Source: Sporopachydermia quercuum (lineage: Eukaryota). Taken from it: DNA of 64,000 nucleotides. Below, piece by piece: positions 1 through 13,987 of this stretch. The position numbers were made by a program, and so were the translations under genes. Location of the stretch: the NCBI GenBank assembly GCA_001599295.1, contig BCGN01000009.1:850413-914412 (forward strand), read 5' to 3'. The notes beneath the pieces were generated by a model. It saw only the letters and a program-made list of their open reading frames with translations, was not told where the DNA came from and did no database searches. How positions within the stretch are numbered: the stretch's first letter is position 1; the number at the start of each line of letters is the position of its first letter.

Positions 1-1224
1 GCGTGGCCGTGAAAGATGAATTTATGATTATGTGATCTGTAATTTTGGAAAGACTGTAAGAGAGTTGAAATGAATGGTACGAGAGTGTTTTATGGGCAGA
101 AAAGTATGATTCTTAGTAATAGAGTGGAACAAAATAGTTCAATTCTGCATTTTGTAGTTAACGGTTGTAATTTTATAAATTTAGCGGCAACTGAGTTAAC
201 AGGCTGGAGAATGCTCAACTGCTCCTCTGATCCTCGTTATAAATAAGTAGATTTTGGAAACGATAACAATCCCATCAGTACATCCGAGTTCTCCGGTTTC
301 ATCAAAACCTGATTGAGCACTTTTTTGCCCATTCACTCTTTTGATTGCCACTCACGCTCAACAATTCAAACCATTGAGTTGCGCCCAAAGCCACATTTAT
401 ATCACTAACTTTGATATTCAACGTTGACTCGTTCAATCAGTTGGATGAACAATTCGATCAGAGGAAAGTAACTCTTATTATATATGGTTACGTAATCTGT
501 TTATATAGAGGTATCTTTATGATTATGTCATCATGAAGTAAGCTCTAAACTCGGTTGAAGTGCACGTTTAACTATCACCATTTAAAAGCCCATTAGTAGT
601 CTATTCACAGCTTTTCAGCACCTCAACTTTCCATTACCTACAAACTATCGTCGCCATCATATTCACTAGTAACTTCCTAGCTTCTTCCGTCTCGATAAAA
701 ATTACCACTTTCTACGTGCATACTCTCCTCATGCTACTTCTCTCTACTCCTGTTTACATCACAACCTAAGTCTACATCATACCGCTAATATCAAATCAAT
801 TCACAATTCAACATTATACCAAGATAACAAACAAATACTAATAATATCATTGACAGGCAAATCATGTAAAAGCGCTGTAATTACAACACTAGAAACCAAA
901 TGAAAGCAATGAATAAGAAAACCACTTACATATCCTTTTTCACTTCATAAAATCACCTGCCAAAAACTAAAATAGAAATATAAAATAAGTAAAATATACC
1001 AGTACTAATAATAAGAAAACATTTTCCACCCTCCATCCTTCAAAGTAATAATCTATTCACAATGACAATATTCTACTTCTTATTATTCTTCTTCATCTTC
1101 TCCTACTTCACCTTAAACTTCACATAGACTATTTGTATAAGCATTGCAAGCTCCTTACTAATACAATCATGATCTAGCTCCAGCGCCAACTTCTATTATA
1201 ATTCCTTCATTACAAACAATCACT

Positions 1225-4200
1225 TTAATAATGAATAGTAGACCAGGTAACTGCTGAAGGTGTTCCTGACAGAATATATGAAGGAGCATTTGGTCCAGTA
1301 TCATTATTATTCAATCCAATCGGTTGGAATAATCCGTCAGCAAACGTCGGCAAGTCGTCAACAAACTTAGTGCCAATGTTCTTACCAGCAACAGCTGGTC
1401 CAGCAATCATTCCAACGAAAATAGCCATAATAACGAAGTACAAAGTAGAGTACTTTCTAATCATACGTTTTCTTAGCTTATTCTGCTTGATGGAGAAGAT
1501 GGGAGGTCTGATTTGTCGTGATGGTTTCAACCAGAACAACATCATAGAATGGAACTTATCAACATAAGGAATAAGAACAAATGGGGTTTGAACAAATAAG
1601 ATCCAATGGGCCAAGAAGAAATCTCCTGCAAAGTAACTCATTTCAATGATCTTACATAAGTATTCTCTTCCTGGTTGGGTGATATTCATCCATCCCATAC
1701 CACTGCCGTACCACTTACCACTCCAGAATGCTCTGTTAGCATGGTCATGCTTGAATTCACGAGTTAAACAGCAAACAATGAGGATGTTGAAAAATGCTCT
1801 TTGACAGCAGATAGATGCAATGAGACCCAATAGAGCAGAGGTGAAGTTCCAACTCTGGAAGTACCACATGACTTCAAAAAACACAACGTGGACAATAACT
1901 GCAACACCATGAGCAATACCAGCCATAACAGAGGCTGTTTGTTTACAGCAGAGACCTAATAAAGGTCCAGCGCAGCAGGCAATACCCATGAGCAAACCAC
2001 AGCAGCCGGCGTTGATGACAATAGGTCCTAAAGTGCAGATGATCAATCTTAAGCATGAGTTAGAGGGGATAGTCTCATCGGGATTCACACCGTTTTGAGA
2101 GTTGATGAAGGTATAAGCAATGAAACAAGCCCCTGCGGTCACACAAGCTAAAAGGATCTCCGTGAAGAAAACATTAGTGAAATGTGCTCTGGTAGAGTCT
2201 CCAATAGCCTTTTCAGATTCCTCACCAAGAGTCTTTCGTTTGAAACCAGTCATACGGGTTCTAGCAATTCGAACATATCCAATCCAAGAGTTTTTGTGCC
2301 ATTTGGAATTACCCCTAGACAACCAACGGATGAAATCACGATAATCAATGAAGAAATCCTTGATGGCAAACTGGTGAGGATTGAAGATAAATGGTGACAT
2401 ACACATGGCAACAATAGATACCCAGAACCAGAGTAAAGCAGCTTGCCACATGGCAATTGTGCAAAATAGCAAGAACAAACACGTCCGGGCACCCAAATAT
2501 ATAGAAGTGGTAGCAAATCTCGAATACAACACAGAGAAAGGAATTCTTGCGGTAGCAAAACCTCTACCGGTGGATATATAACGAGCTCCACCAACAGACA
2601 TATCACTCATTAAAGAAGAACCATATATTTGACAGACAAACACTTCAAACAATGGTGATAATGAAACAAAATGATGTAAAAATCTGCTGGCTGCTTTCCA
2701 AATACCTCTTTCAGTTAATTCCTGTACAACCAAAGGCAAGAATGAGATAAAGAAGACAATGAAAATAGATAGAATGAATCTTTGGACCCAATCAAGAACT
2801 GGTTGAAGATTGTAACAACCACGAGGTACTTGAGGATCGGTGATAGGTTTGTTTCGATTGTATAAGCAAATGATAGATTGAGAAGCCAATGCACCAAGAT
2901 TAACAATAGTAAGCATAAACAATTGGACAGACAACATAATAAACAAGTTATTGATGTGGAATCCAGGATGGGCATAATAAAACGATAAGAATCGATCTAA
3001 AGGCAGTTGAGTACCCAAATAATAGTATTCACGAGAAAGCATTTGTTCACCCATACCAGCACCGATTTTGGTAGTGAAATTCAAAATAGAACCGAACCCC
3101 AAATCTCTACCTTTACCACATTGGAAATAATCGCAGTGCTTGATTCTTCCACCACGGATTAAGGCATTGATACCAGCGTAGATATCTTCGTTAAGATGTA
3201 AACCTTTCTGAGCTTTGGAAATACCACCACGAGTTGTCATGAAAATAGAATTAAGGAAATCGGGATGTCCGTAATGCAATTTACCGCCAATGGTAGCCAA
3301 TGTACGGGAAAACAACGTACCGAATGTTTGTTCTTTACCTGCGGCAACATCACCAAGTACACCAATGTTCTCACTGAAGATGTATTCTCTAGCACCAACA
3401 ATAGCAACAGGATTAGCATTTTGAGTGCGAACTCCGGGAACATATGGTGATACATTATCGACTTCAAGTTCTTCAAATTCAGCAAGAATAGATCTGATCT
3501 TCAAGCATTCTTCTAGATAGTTGTCTTGATTGGCATCAATCACTTGGATATATTCACCTCTATGGAAAATCAAAGCGTGGTTTTGGTTATCTGATTTACC
3601 ATCACCAAGAATAGGATTACCAGATAGTTGGACTCTGTATTTAGGTCTTCTTCTTCCATTTTCCATGATTTCGCAATAACCATCAATCAAAGAGGAGTAA
3701 ATTCTAGGTTCTTCACCTTCGTTCAAAGGAGGTTCCTCATCCAAGAAGGCAATTTGCAAGTCCGGATAAGCACGTAACAAGAACTCTGCGTTTTCCATTT
3801 CNTCGGGGCGGAATTTGGCTAATCTTTGCATAGAAACAAGCAATTTGAATTTCCTTCTGGCCATTCTTTCGAGTTCTCGTTCTAATTTATCGGTATTACC
3901 ATTGAACAATTGGACAATTTCAGGATTTTCGACTCTATAAAGTAACTTGATAGCTCGGGAGTAGTTCATGAACCCAGAAATGGTTCTATAAAGAGTTTGG
4001 GATCTCAATGAAGCCCAGATTCTAGTTCTTAAAGTATATTCAGGAGCAGCAGATTTGAAACCAATACAGTAGAAAGGCAAGTCATCAATTCTGTTTTTCA
4101 ATGTTTCGTCTTCCTTTTCTAAAGTGTCAGAAGAGTCTTGATATCCAGATGATTCTTCAGCCAAAATCTTGGTATCCTTAACAAAGCAATCCCATTCAAC

Positions 4201-6903
4201 AGGATGCAATTGTTTGAGGTACTCCAACAAGGTCACTCTAGAGAATTGATCGTCTTCACGGATGATTTCTCTTAATGAAAGCAAGATCTTTTCGGAATAA
4301 TGAGGTACCAAGACAGTGAATGTAGGCATGTTATCAACAGGAACAGGTTCAGGAATAGGTGTTGATAATGATTGAGCAAAGAAAGAAATACGACGTTCAG
4401 CTTCAGAGTTCGGAGGGAAGAATTCAGCTGCAAATGAGTGATCGTCTTGGGAGACAAAGAATGTAGGAGCCCTCAAAGTTCTTCTTCCTTCAACTTCAGA
4501 TGGAACTTGATGATACAATAGCTTTTGGACGTGATCTATAGCCAATAAATGTTCTCTGTACATCGAAATGATAATGGCGTTCCAGACTTGAGATATAAGA
4601 ACCTTTGGTTTATATTTGATCTCCATATCGGTTGTAGCAAGCACTTTGGAGTATATTCTCTTAGGCAACCTAGTAAAGATATTCTTCCAAGGTGTCAAGA
4701 TAGAAATACCCAAGGAGAATGACAACCCAACAGAGAAAATACAGTTACAGATAATATACCAAAGATAAGTATCCAAGAAGAAAAGAATCAAATCGGTAGC
4801 ATACATCAATCCCAATACGATTCTTGCTTGTTGCCGACATAACGTTTGACCAAACCATTGTTCACCGATACATCTAGACATTGTCATCACAGACAAGTTT
4901 CTAATAGGATCTCTTAGGGATAAGATCAAAAAGAAATAGGATTCAGCGAACTTGGCAACGAAAACGCATAACCAGAGTATATAGGACATGGCCATATTTC
5001 TACCTTTCAAACGAGGATAAGAAGCAGTGAATGTTTGCGAGGCATGATATCTTCTTGTCTTCTTGTTGAGGTAAGATCCAAAGAGACCTCCTAATGGCAT
5101 TACCGAGAAGAAAACATANGTGGCAAGAGAGATAAAGAACTGGATAATACCAATGATCAAACCTACTTTGGAGTAAGCATTCAGAGGAATGAAACCAAAA
5201 ATATATACTGAAGGAGCAAAGTTGACCGCGAAGATAATAAGCAAAAACATGAGTCTTCTGGTCAAATGTTGAGCACCAGCCCAGTTTCTAGGAACAAAAG
5301 CCCATTCAGCGAGAGTGGCAGTAATTTGAATTAATGTGGCCACTGCACCACCAAGGCCTGCGGCTGACCATCTAAACTGTGGAGGAGGTTGATTATTCAA
5401 GGTTTGAATGTATCCTTTAGTATAAAGAGTAGGAGAATTATATGCACAATAGTACCAGTACATAGTAAAATGAATAACCCAGATACGGTTGAAGTTGGTG
5501 GCCAAATGGAACCATGAACGAGTTTCTTTATATGTTTTAAAGAAAACGTCATTCCATTCGACTTCTCCAAGACGTAAATAACGTTCTTCCTGTGGGATGT
5601 CAACCAAACGGCTGCCATCTTCAAAGATAATACGTTCGATACCTTCAGGATACCAAAACAATTGATTGATATCATCGTAGCCAATGACTTTATTATGATC
5701 CCTTTCACGCTTGACAAATCTTCCTTCAACTACTTCATAAGATTGAGCACGAATGTATCTGTACAAAGGCGTAATAATTCTATTCAAGAAGTCGAACTCA
5801 GGTACAGGTTCTTGTGTGTTCTGGCACAATGGAGAATTGTAGTAATCTTCAGCACACTTGAAGATGAAACATAAGCATTCAGGCATAAATCTAGTTTGAT
5901 TGGCTTCACCCCACATTAAAAGATACAACGCAACTTGTCTAGCTCGATCATGAGGAGACATTTTGCTCATGCGAACTTTCCAACGGTATTCTGCTGCTTC
6001 TAAAGAGTTATCACCTTCTAGGTCTTCTAAAGATGGTTCTGGAACTTCTCCATCCTCAGTTTTCCTTGCTTTCTTTGACTTCTTTCTTGCTTTACGTGTT
6101 TTCCTATTGGTTTTGCCTAATGTCATATTGCGGAACCCAACTTCGTCGTCGAGATCCAACTGGGCTGCAAAATACCATTTTTTGTAGTTGGCATTATCAC
6201 CACCAATATAATCTGCATGTAAAGAAAGTAAGGCTTGGTTAGGAGACATTCTTGACCCTCTGGAGTCTAATTGACACATGAAATGATCAAACATGTTTCT
6301 CATAGAATCTCTTTGGAAACCGAACTTGTTGGTCAAATCAATGAAAATGTCTTCAATCTCTTCTTTGGAAATAGGTACTTGGTTATCAGAACTCCAGGCA
6401 GGATACGGTTCTCTAAACCTTTGTCCCTCAATACCAGATGTATAATCTAACCCATATATCGGCGTTGAAGCTCCAGAAGGCTGGTGATGAGGATCTTCGT
6501 AGGAAATACCTGAGCCAGCAAAGCTGTCTGATCTAGCAGGACCGTAGTAACCGCCTTGGCCCCCATTGTTCATTCTACCATCTTGAGGCATTGTGAAGTC
6601 TGAACCATAACCATCACCATCAGATTGATAATGGCTATATTCTGGATCAGCCGAGTTTGCTACGTATGCATCATCGTAGCCATCGTATTGGTTGCGATAG
6701 TTATAGTACGCGTCTTCTTGGCCGGGACCGGGTGGGGGATAATATTGGCCTTGAGGGCCAGCGCCTAGTTGGCCCTGAGGATACTGTTGGTAATTTTGGT
6801 AGTTACCATCATCATAAGGACCCTCAGTACCTTCTGGACCATCTGGACCTCCAGCATATTGGTTTTCGTAAGGGTTGCGATACCCGTCGTCATGGTAAGA
6901 CAT
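1225..6903 (-). CDS. FKS1: 1,3-beta-glucan synthase catalytic subunit
   Basis: 1892-aa ORF with Fks motifs [38 protein letters not shown] and hot spot FLILSLRDP; many TM segments. Confidence 0.97.
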   Translation of the reverse strand: MSYHDDGYRNPYENQYAGGPDGPEGTEGPYDDGNYQNYQQYPQGQLGAGPQGQYYPPPGPGQEDAYYNYRNQYDGYDDAYVANSADPEYSHYQSDGDGYGSDFTMPQDGRMNNGGQGGYYGPARSDSFAGSGISYEDPHHQPSGASTPIYGLDYTSGIEGQRFREPYPAWSSDNQVPISKEEIEDIFIDLTNKFGFQRDSMRNMFDHFMCQLDSRGSRMSPNQALLSLHADYIGGDNANYKKWYFAAQLDLDDEVGFRNMTLGKTNRKTRKARKKSKKARKTEDGEVPEPSLEDLEGDNSLEAAEYRWKVRMSKMSPHDRARQVALYLLMWGEANQTRFMPECLCFIFKCAEDYYNSPLCQNTQEPVPEFDFLNRIITPLYRYIRAQSYEVVEGRFVKRERDHNKVIGYDDINQLFWYPEGIERIIFEDGSRLVDIPQEERYLRLGEVEWNDVFFKTYKETRSWFHLATNFNRIWVIHFTMYWYYCAYNSPTLYTKGYIQTLNNQPPPQFRWSAAGLGGAVATLIQITATLAEWAFVPRNWAGAQHLTRRLMFLLIIFAVNFAPSVYIFGFIPLNAYSKVGLIIGIIQFFISLAXYVFFSVMPLGGLFGSYLNKKTRRYHASQTFTASYPRLKGRNMAMSYILWLCVFVAKFAESYFFLILSLRDPIRNLSVMTMSRCIGEQWFGQTLCRQQARIVLGLMYATDLILFFLDTYLWYIICNCIFSVGLSFSLGISILTPWKNIFTRLPKRIYSKVLATTDMEIKYKPKVLISQVWNAIIISMYREHLLAIDHVQKLLYHQVPSEVEGRRTLRAPTFFVSQDDHSFAAEFFPPNSEAERRISFFAQSLSTPIPEPVPVDNMPTFTVLVPHYSEKILLSLREIIREDDQFSRVTLLEYLKQLHPVEWDCFVKDTKILAEESSGYQDSSDTLEKEDETLKNRIDDLPFYCIGFKSAAPEYTLRTRIWASLRSQTLYRTISGFMNYSRAIKLLYRVENPEIVQLFNGNTDKLERELERMARRKFKLLVSMQRLAKFRPXEMENAEFLLRAYPDLQIAFLDEEPPLNEGEEPRIYSSLIDGYCEIMENGRRRPKYRVQLSGNPILGDGKSDNQNHALIFHRGEYIQVIDANQDNYLEECLKIRSILAEFEELEVDNVSPYVPGVRTQNANPVAIVGAREYIFSENIGVLGDVAAGKEQTFGTLFSRTLATIGGKLHYGHPDFLNSIFMTTRGGISKAQKGLHLNEDIYAGINALIRGGRIKHCDYFQCGKGRDLGFGSILNFTTKIGAGMGEQMLSREYYYLGTQLPLDRFLSFYYAHPGFHINNLFIMLSVQLFMLTIVNLGALASQSIICLYNRNKPITDPQVPRGCYNLQPVLDWVQRFILSIFIVFFISFLPLVVQELTERGIWKAASRFLHHFVSLSPLFEVFVCQIYGSSLMSDMSVGGARYISTGRGFATARIPFSVLYSRFATTSIYLGARTCLFLLFCTIAMWQAALLWFWVSIVAMCMSPFIFNPHQFAIKDFFIDYRDFIRWLSRGNSKWHKNSWIGYVRIARTRMTGFKRKTLGEESEKAIGDSTRAHFTNVFFTEILLACVTAGACFIAYTFINSQNGVNPDETIPSNSCLRLIICTLGPIVINAGCCGLLMGIACCAGPLLGLCCKQTASVMAGIAHGVAVIVHVVFFEVMWYFQSWNFTSALLGLIASICCQRAFFNILIVCCLTREFKHDHANRAFWSGKWYGSGMGWMNITQPGREYLCKIIEMSYFAGDFFLAHWILFVQTPFVLIPYVDKFHSMMLFWLKPSRQIRPPIFSIKQNKLRKRMIRKYSTLYFVIMAIFVGMIAGPAVAGKNIGTKFVDDLPTFADGLFQPIGLNNNDTGPNAPSYILSGTPSAVTWSTIHY

Positions 6904-6917
6904 TGCGGATTATGAGT

Positions 6918-7122
6918 CTAGAAAGATTATGTTAGTTATTGTTGAATAATGAAACAGTAGTAATATGATAGAAGTATTGTTAAAGAACATCAATGTGAGG
7001 ATGAGGAAGATGAAAAAAGGAAAGGATCAACGGTATAATTCAAGAAAACAAAGAAAACCACAGATGAAATCAATAATAGTAATGCAACAAGGTGTTAAAT
7101 AACAAATCAAATAGAAATGTAC
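6918..7122 (-). other. Putative 5'-UTR intron of FKS1
   Basis: Minus strand AACTAAC (6937-6931) then ATAATCTTTCTAG acceptor ending 14 nt before the ATG; nearest plausible donor G|GTACAT at 7122 (donor uncertain). Confidence 0.5.
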
Positions 7123-10100
7123 CTTCTGTTTCCCTTCGATCTTCTATGATTCTATTGTCTATGCTGTTGTTTTGCTGAATTGACTAAAGACAGAACGTAA
7201 AAGATGTAAAAGCTGCAGTAAACAAGACAAGCAGGAGGTGAAAACAATCAGTGATGCACACACTTGACCAGTACTGTATTCAGAATAATGATAATTCTGT
7301 TGATTTCCACGACAATTTTTCTTCCAGGCTTAAGGAAAAAATCACGTCTGTCAACTCTGGCTGTTTCCTCTTGATCTAGTTGATCCTCGTACTATCTTGT
7401 ATCAAACGAGTGAAAGCAATAAATAGTACTGCAGTATGATAGCGATAGATACATAAATCAATGACCTGATCAATACAAACCACAGTCCAACTGATAAATG
7501 AATTACAAATCAAAGAAGAACTACTAACAAATGAACTGCAAGGTCTCCAATCAGCAAATAACTAAAAGGATAATCTTGTAAATTCGGTTCTTGATGNATT
7601 CATAAATAAGAGAATTTTTTTAATCCATTCAACTAGAAGCATTGGTTGGTTCAGGTTTTGAAGAGAAACACGAAGCAAATGGGAAGAAAGTTGAAAAAAT
7701 ACTGTCGTTGGACGAATTGGCGTTTGAGGTGTTCGGTACAAAAGAAAATGGGTGTTGCGCTACTTTTTGTTGATGTGGTGTACTGAATGATAATATGGTT
7801 GCGTCAAACACAAACATAGGGTCGGTTTGACTTCTTTGAAAGGGGTCTGAGAATCACAAAATGCTGAGGTCAGTGGTTAGAGTTAAAGTTCCTGTGTCAA
7901 GAAGAAGTAACTGACAAGGATCAAAATGGTTCCTAGAAGAATTCACAGTTGAGAGAAAAGGTGGCTGAATGGTGATATTCAAGTTGTAATTCACTGATTG
8001 TTGATTGTAGTGTGTATACTATGTGTTGGGGAAGAAGTTCATTATCCCTTGAAGGAGGTTCTGTTTGAGAGTATTGCTGAATTAAAGATTTCCAGTAGGA
8101 GATAAAATCCGATTTTTTGGAAATTCTCTTAATTAAGGTTTGGATTTTGTTTTGTAAGATCGTCAATTGATGAAAGTTTAATTGATAATTTTCAAAAGTA
8201 TTCTGTACGATTCCTGTGTGTTTCTGCGATCTTATGCGATATTGAGCAACAAGTATTTTTGAGCTTAGACAACAGGGAGCATGAAGATGATGGGACTGAT
8301 GATAAAGATAATAACTAAAAAAATGTCAAAAAAAAAAATTAAAAATCAAAAATTAAAAAAGCTGAAAAAAGAAAATAGGTATATTATCTGTAGAGTGTTC
8401 GAAAATGAGACTTCGTAACGAGATCATGCAGTTTGAGTTTTGAAAAGAGCGTGGTAAACGTTTCAGAGGAGTCTGATTCTGAACAGAAAAGTTGATTCAT
8501 CTAGAACGTAGATAGGAATATCAATAGAAGTACTGATATAAAGTACTCAATTGTGGTTGAAGCTCGGAATAAAAAGGATTCTTGCAACGATAATTGAACG
8601 AAAGAGCTTTTTTTAAAAGCATGAGTAAATAGCATCTATTAATTGTGACTACCAAAGAACAATACTTACTTGGTAACTTAATCACACAATTGTCCACTGA
8701 TTTGATACAGTGAACTACATCTAGTGTATTGATAAACTGTAGCGACAAACAATAGTTTTAGTTGACCCAAATACCACTCTCTTGTATGTAGATAATGAGG
8801 TATATATACTCTTGTTCAATCAAGAATGCAGGTGTATGTAGTTAGACACCACCTTCAGTTACTTGCATATGGCTTTATGAAGTACAAACATATAAAGGCT
8901 AATGAGTCTTTGTCCAAATAATAAATTGAAGTTTTATTAAACACTATGACAATAGAAGTAGGGAAGAAAGACAAAAATATATTGACTCGGCGCAAGTGAA
9001 ATTATAATAGCTCCTTACATGTCGAAACTAACCTACATACTCAATTACATCAAGCAACTTAGCGACGACTTGCAAATAGAACAAATATATATAGTTCAAA
9101 AGCACAAGTGGGCATAACCCCATATAAAAACACCTCATTTTGAAACTCTTGGAGTAGCCGACAAATCGACAACAATAGAACAATATCATATAGTGTCTCC
9201 GGGTCTATGGCACATTGTTTCCTTATGCTATCGTCTGCAAATAAGCTTGTTGACTCGATCAGAGAATTAGAATTCTACGACATAATTATACTCTCTATCT
9301 TCAGTTTCTGTCTATTCTAAAGCAGTGTTAAGAAGTCTTTTACTATCATATCAAATACTGTTATGTACAACACACTTTAAACCACTTTCTTNTTACTAAA
9401 GTCCACTGAAATATATAAATACTAGCCTGAACATCTTATCCAACAATATGCTTCAAGTTTTTTGCCTCTGCTCACTTCAACTAAATCTGAATCTTGTCCT
9501 TGTCGAACATCAATTATCTCTTCCTATTGTTTGTTCTCAATTCAATTCAAAAGGAGGTTTCATCCATTGTCTTTTTTGTTCCTGATTCATATATTGTCTG
9601 TTTAATTAGGAATAAATCATTCCTTTTCTGTTTTTTTTTTTACTGAAGTTTAGAAGGTAAGCACAATTCATANTTACTCAAAAAAGGACATTTTCACTTG
9701 TTTGAAAGTCTATGATGCAATCTGATGAAGCTAAAGTAGTGCAATTTCATGTTTTTGGGCTTACAATCTTCCACAAGGTTACATTTGAATTGCNTATGTG
9801 GATCAGCTCAGCTTAAGGATTTAAAAGAAACATGTAGAGCGGTCGTATGTTAATCGAAAAAGTAAGGCAATGCTAAGTTGATTTAAGAGGAACTTGTAGT
9901 TTAAATTGTATAGTGTTTCAGGCGCAAAGATTAAGTAAGTTTCTTTACCTTGTAACTGGAAAAACCTTGAAAATGGGAAAAGGAAATTCTTCGTGATGAG
10001 CTTTTTTTAAATAAGCTAAGCTAAAAATAGATCAGCTTGATGAGATATTTAATAATAGACAAAATTCAAATATTATGGGAATGATTTATTGAAAGACCCT

Positions 10101-12064
10101 TACATGGAAAAATATGGTGAAACTCGAACAGGCTGAAACGAAAGGGTCTAACAGAACGTAAACCTTATTAAACCTTTTGTTCTTAATGATAGACTAAAAA
10201 ATTCCGTGATAGAGGTAAAGAAGGAAGCTTGAAATGTTTTGTAGTGAAGTTAAAGGATAGTTAATGAACATCAAAACTGTTGATGCTATAGGCAATCTGG
10301 ATTATGAAGAATTAATTGAGAAACTTGTAGATTGATAACATGGGCAGAAGAAAATGATTTTCACTATCAGAGCGAAAGATTTGTAAGGCAAATGGGATAT
10401 GCATATTATGTGTACTTGTCTTGTATACACGTACGCAAGAAAGAGAAAAGAGAAAAAAGAAAAAAGAAAACGCGGTGTTTTTTTGTCTAGCACAACCAAT
10501 CCAGAATAGGCGAGAGTATTATTGTAGACGTGCAATAAGATTAACGATTGATAGTAGAATAATTCAGACAGTTCTTATTATGAAGAACAGTTTCTTCGCA
10601 ATGAATAAAATAGATTGTAGTATTACAACTAGAAAATTATGATGGATCATGGTGAATCAAATGGATTAAAGATTCTACATATATCCTTGTTGCGGTATTT
10701 TCCGTCATCTTTTTCTGAGCTTCAATTTATCAATACAAGTACGCTTCCAAACTATTCTAATAAATTGAAACACTTCTTCGTATCATAATTCCACAATAAT
10801 TCTTTGATATCCATAAAGACATTCCCATTATTGCTAAACAAAAGTGTAGAAAGGCGGCACTAACATCTCACCACATCAAAATATGGTAACTTAAGTATAC
10901 ACAAGATAATAAGACGCGTTCGTTTATTGTGAGAGCCACACATACTGCCACACATTCTGGCAGGACAAACTCCTTCATAATTCGGGATTCGAGTATCATC
11001 TTATTTGAAAGGTAGTAAGTAGTCTGCAGTTCATTTCATTGTGTATACAGGATAAAATTAGACACCACAACAAAAAAAACGTAATTTCTATTATTTTCAA
11101 TAAGTTTATCCGAAGAAGGTTCCTTCGGGATTCATTGCATAAGTTAATTTAGGAAATGCAGCTCGTATATGAGATTAGCTTAGACATCCCTTTCCAACTG
11201 CTTCAACTGGGTAATCTGTTTTTCATATCTACTATATACTGTTGATCTTATTTGGTGGTTATTCTCATAATTGATGTTCCATCTAACTCCAATAGTTCAT
11301 CCAGATCAGATACTAATACTTTAAATATTATATTCTTCACTTTCATCTTGCTAAACATACTATTATGGTACTTGCTATCTCTAATCTAAACCCAGCAAGG
11401 CCGACAGGCATGTCAGACCATTGAATGCCAAAGATTGGAATTTTCCCCATTATCAAAGCAACCGGAATTTTAACAAGCCGCAGATACATATTCTAGTGGC
11501 TACCAGCGAAAGATGTTAAGAGAGAAATCGATTAAATCAGTGATTACATAATCTGATTTAGTTCGTGAATAAATAGTATAGTAGATTCTCATAGTATCTA
11601 TTAGGTTTATTGCCTCTTGTTACACAACTAGATGTAAACATATGTTGTACCAATATCTGATTTGATTTATATTCAGTCTCAAGTCGTAGCTTTGGGCCCA
11701 TTCGTCTGATACTATGCAATTCAAATCTATATATGAAAAAGAGTCTGTATAAGTTCAATCTGCTTGTTATTATATAGTGAAAATTGCTCCTATTCCAATA
11801 TGATCTCGGGAATCCCCATAACAAACCCTCAAGGACTCTGTCCCATGTCCCATACGTGAACGTGAAAGTTTCTATTGGTTGGTTGATTCCTCAAGTAATT
11901 GAACAAAGGAGCCAGACTTATAATAGCAAGCACCATGAAGTATATCCCCCTTGCACATCAAAGTGGCCAATAAGTACATTCCATAACCCGCGGAAAAAAA
12001 AACATTGTGGCTACATAATTGGTAACTAGAATTAACAATTGATCCAACAAGACTATTTTACAAC

Positions 12065-12632
12065 ATGTTCAAAATGTCCGCTAAGAGATTTGTATCCACT
12101 TTAACTCCGGTATGTGTTCATGATTTGGGGAGACTGACTTGAACAATTGAGTGAAATTATCGATCAACTAATAGGAACATTTATCTAACTACAAAATATC
12201 AGGTTTCAACCAAGAATGCTCCTCCTGCTGCATTCAATGCTTATTCTCAAGCCATGAAGGTCAACAGTAAGTGTTACATATTTTCAAGCTTTTCATACTG
12301 AATATGAATCTAACAACCAGCAAGATTTGATCTATGTGTCTGGCCAAGTTCCTTACACTCCAGAGGGAATTAAAGTTGAAGGTGATTTCAAGGCTAAGAC
12401 TAAGCAAGTCTTAGAGAATCTCAAGAACATTTTGGAAGCCAGTAACTCCTCCCTAAACCACGTTGTCAAGGTTAACGCTTTTTTGACTGATATGAGCAAT
12501 TTCCCCGACTTCAACGCCGTTTACACTACATATTTTGATACTCACAAGCCTGCCAGATCTGCTGTTGCTGTCAAACAATTACCTTTNGATTCCGAAGTTG
12601 AAGTTGAAGTTATTGCTGTTGAAAAGGACTAA
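12065..12632 (+). CDS. MMF1: RidA/YjgF 2-iminopropanoate deaminase (Mmf1/Hmf1-like), 3 exons: 12065-12109, 12203-12266, 12325-12632
   Basis: Spliced product MFKMSAKRFVSTLTP/VSTKNAPPAAFNAYSQAMKVN/NLIYVSGQVPYT...KPARSAVAV; donors GTATGT and GTAAGT; branch ATCTAAC in both introns; short basic N-terminal presequence. Confidence 0.92.
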
Positions 12633-12870
12633 ACATCCGGTTACAATTGATGCCCATGGTAGAAGTACCTACACATAACCGTAGTTGAATATGACGAAAT
12701 AGTTAATTTTTTATACATTAGCACTGTTTGAAATTTCACAGTATGAACACACAGTAGAATGTAATATGATAATCCAATATTACTAAATTTTTGAATAAAT
12801 AATGTAGTAAATCATTAACAAATATATGAGATAAGGAGAAGAAAACTGAATAAAAAAAGCCAAAATACTT

Positions 12871-12878
12871 GTCACGTG
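12871..12878. promoter_or_regulatory. Cbf1-type E-box GTCACGTG upstream of RPL34
   Basis: Exact RTCACGTG about 340 bp upstream of the RPL34 ATG; RRPE-like TGAAATTTT at 12992-13000. Confidence 0.45.
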
Positions 12879-13215
12879 TGATTCACATGATATAACGCAG
12901 GTCTAAAGCCAAAGGGGATGTATACAATAGANACAAAAATTCCCAGTTCAGTAAATATTGTCACGGACATTTTGGTAAGAAAATGTGAGTTTGAAATTTT
13001 CATACGGTAATTCATACTCTGTGGTGGAAATCCGACAACCGACGCAACTTGTAGGATTGCTCACGGAATTGAGGTGTGTGCTGTAGTATATTCAACTTGA
13101 TAGTTACACATTTAACTGTTTCATCAAGTGCCATATACTACTATCTAATCTAGTGTGTAGCTTTTAAACGAAATCAGTCTTGATAACGACCAGAATAGCA
13201 TCAAATATATCAAAA

Positions 13216-13987
13216 ATGGCTCAAAGAGTTACTTACAGAAGAAGAAATCCTTGTATGTTTTTAGAGAGAAAGAATAATGACGACTGATTGTGAGATTTAT
13301 GTTGGGTGAGGAATGGTAGTGTAAAGTTGAAATGTGTGAAGCAAAATCGTCCAGTTTACTTATAATTGAGCAATATTAATCGATATTGCCAAATGACAAA
13401 GTATCAGAAAGAAGTGAGCAGAAATGAAAGCCGATTATGATCGTAAGAGATTGAGGGGCTGTAAATTGATAGATACCACGATTACCAGCAATCATGTTAG
13501 ATTTTAACGAGAAGCGCACTTTGAGACAACTAAATAACTGAACAACCATTATAAGCTAAAGGGCTCAACGTTCTGTAGTTTCTGAATGAATTTCGACTTC
13601 ACTCTACCTAATATACGATATCAGTTGCTTTTAGATGTCGTAATTTATGTACCATTTACTAACTACTATTTAGACAACACCTCTTCCAACAAGGTCAAGA
13701 TCGTCAAGACCCCTGGCGGAAAGCTTGTTTACCACCACGTCAAGAAGAATGCTTCAAGAGTTAAGTGTGGTGACACCGGTGCTGCTCTTCCTGGTGTTAT
13801 CTCCTTGAGACCCAGAGAATATGCCACTGTTTCCAAGACCAAGAAGTCTGTCTCTCGTGCTTACGGTGGTTCCAGAAGTGCCAACGCCGTTAAGGAAAGA
13901 ATTGTCAGAGCTTTCTTGATTGAAGAACAAAAGATCGTCAAGAGAGTCCTTAAGGAACAAGCCGAAAAGGAAAGCTCCAAGAAATAA
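13216..13987 (+). CDS. RPL34: 60S ribosomal protein eL34, 2 exons: 13216-13252, 13674-13987
   Basis: MAQRVTYRRRNP/YNTSSNKVKIVKTPGG...RAFLIEEQKIVK; intron 13253-13673 GTATGT...TACTAAC...TAG; strongly biased codon use. Confidence 0.97.

Noticed and set aside
458..534. Minus-strand ATGATGA...CTGA pair (also the + strand pair at 24888-24946)
   Set aside because: No recognisable rRNA guide or terminal stem; expected by chance in AT-rich DNA
13586..13673. ORF-track N-terminus MNFDFTLP... for RPL34
   Set aside because: Lies inside the intron; the true exon 1 is at 13216-13252
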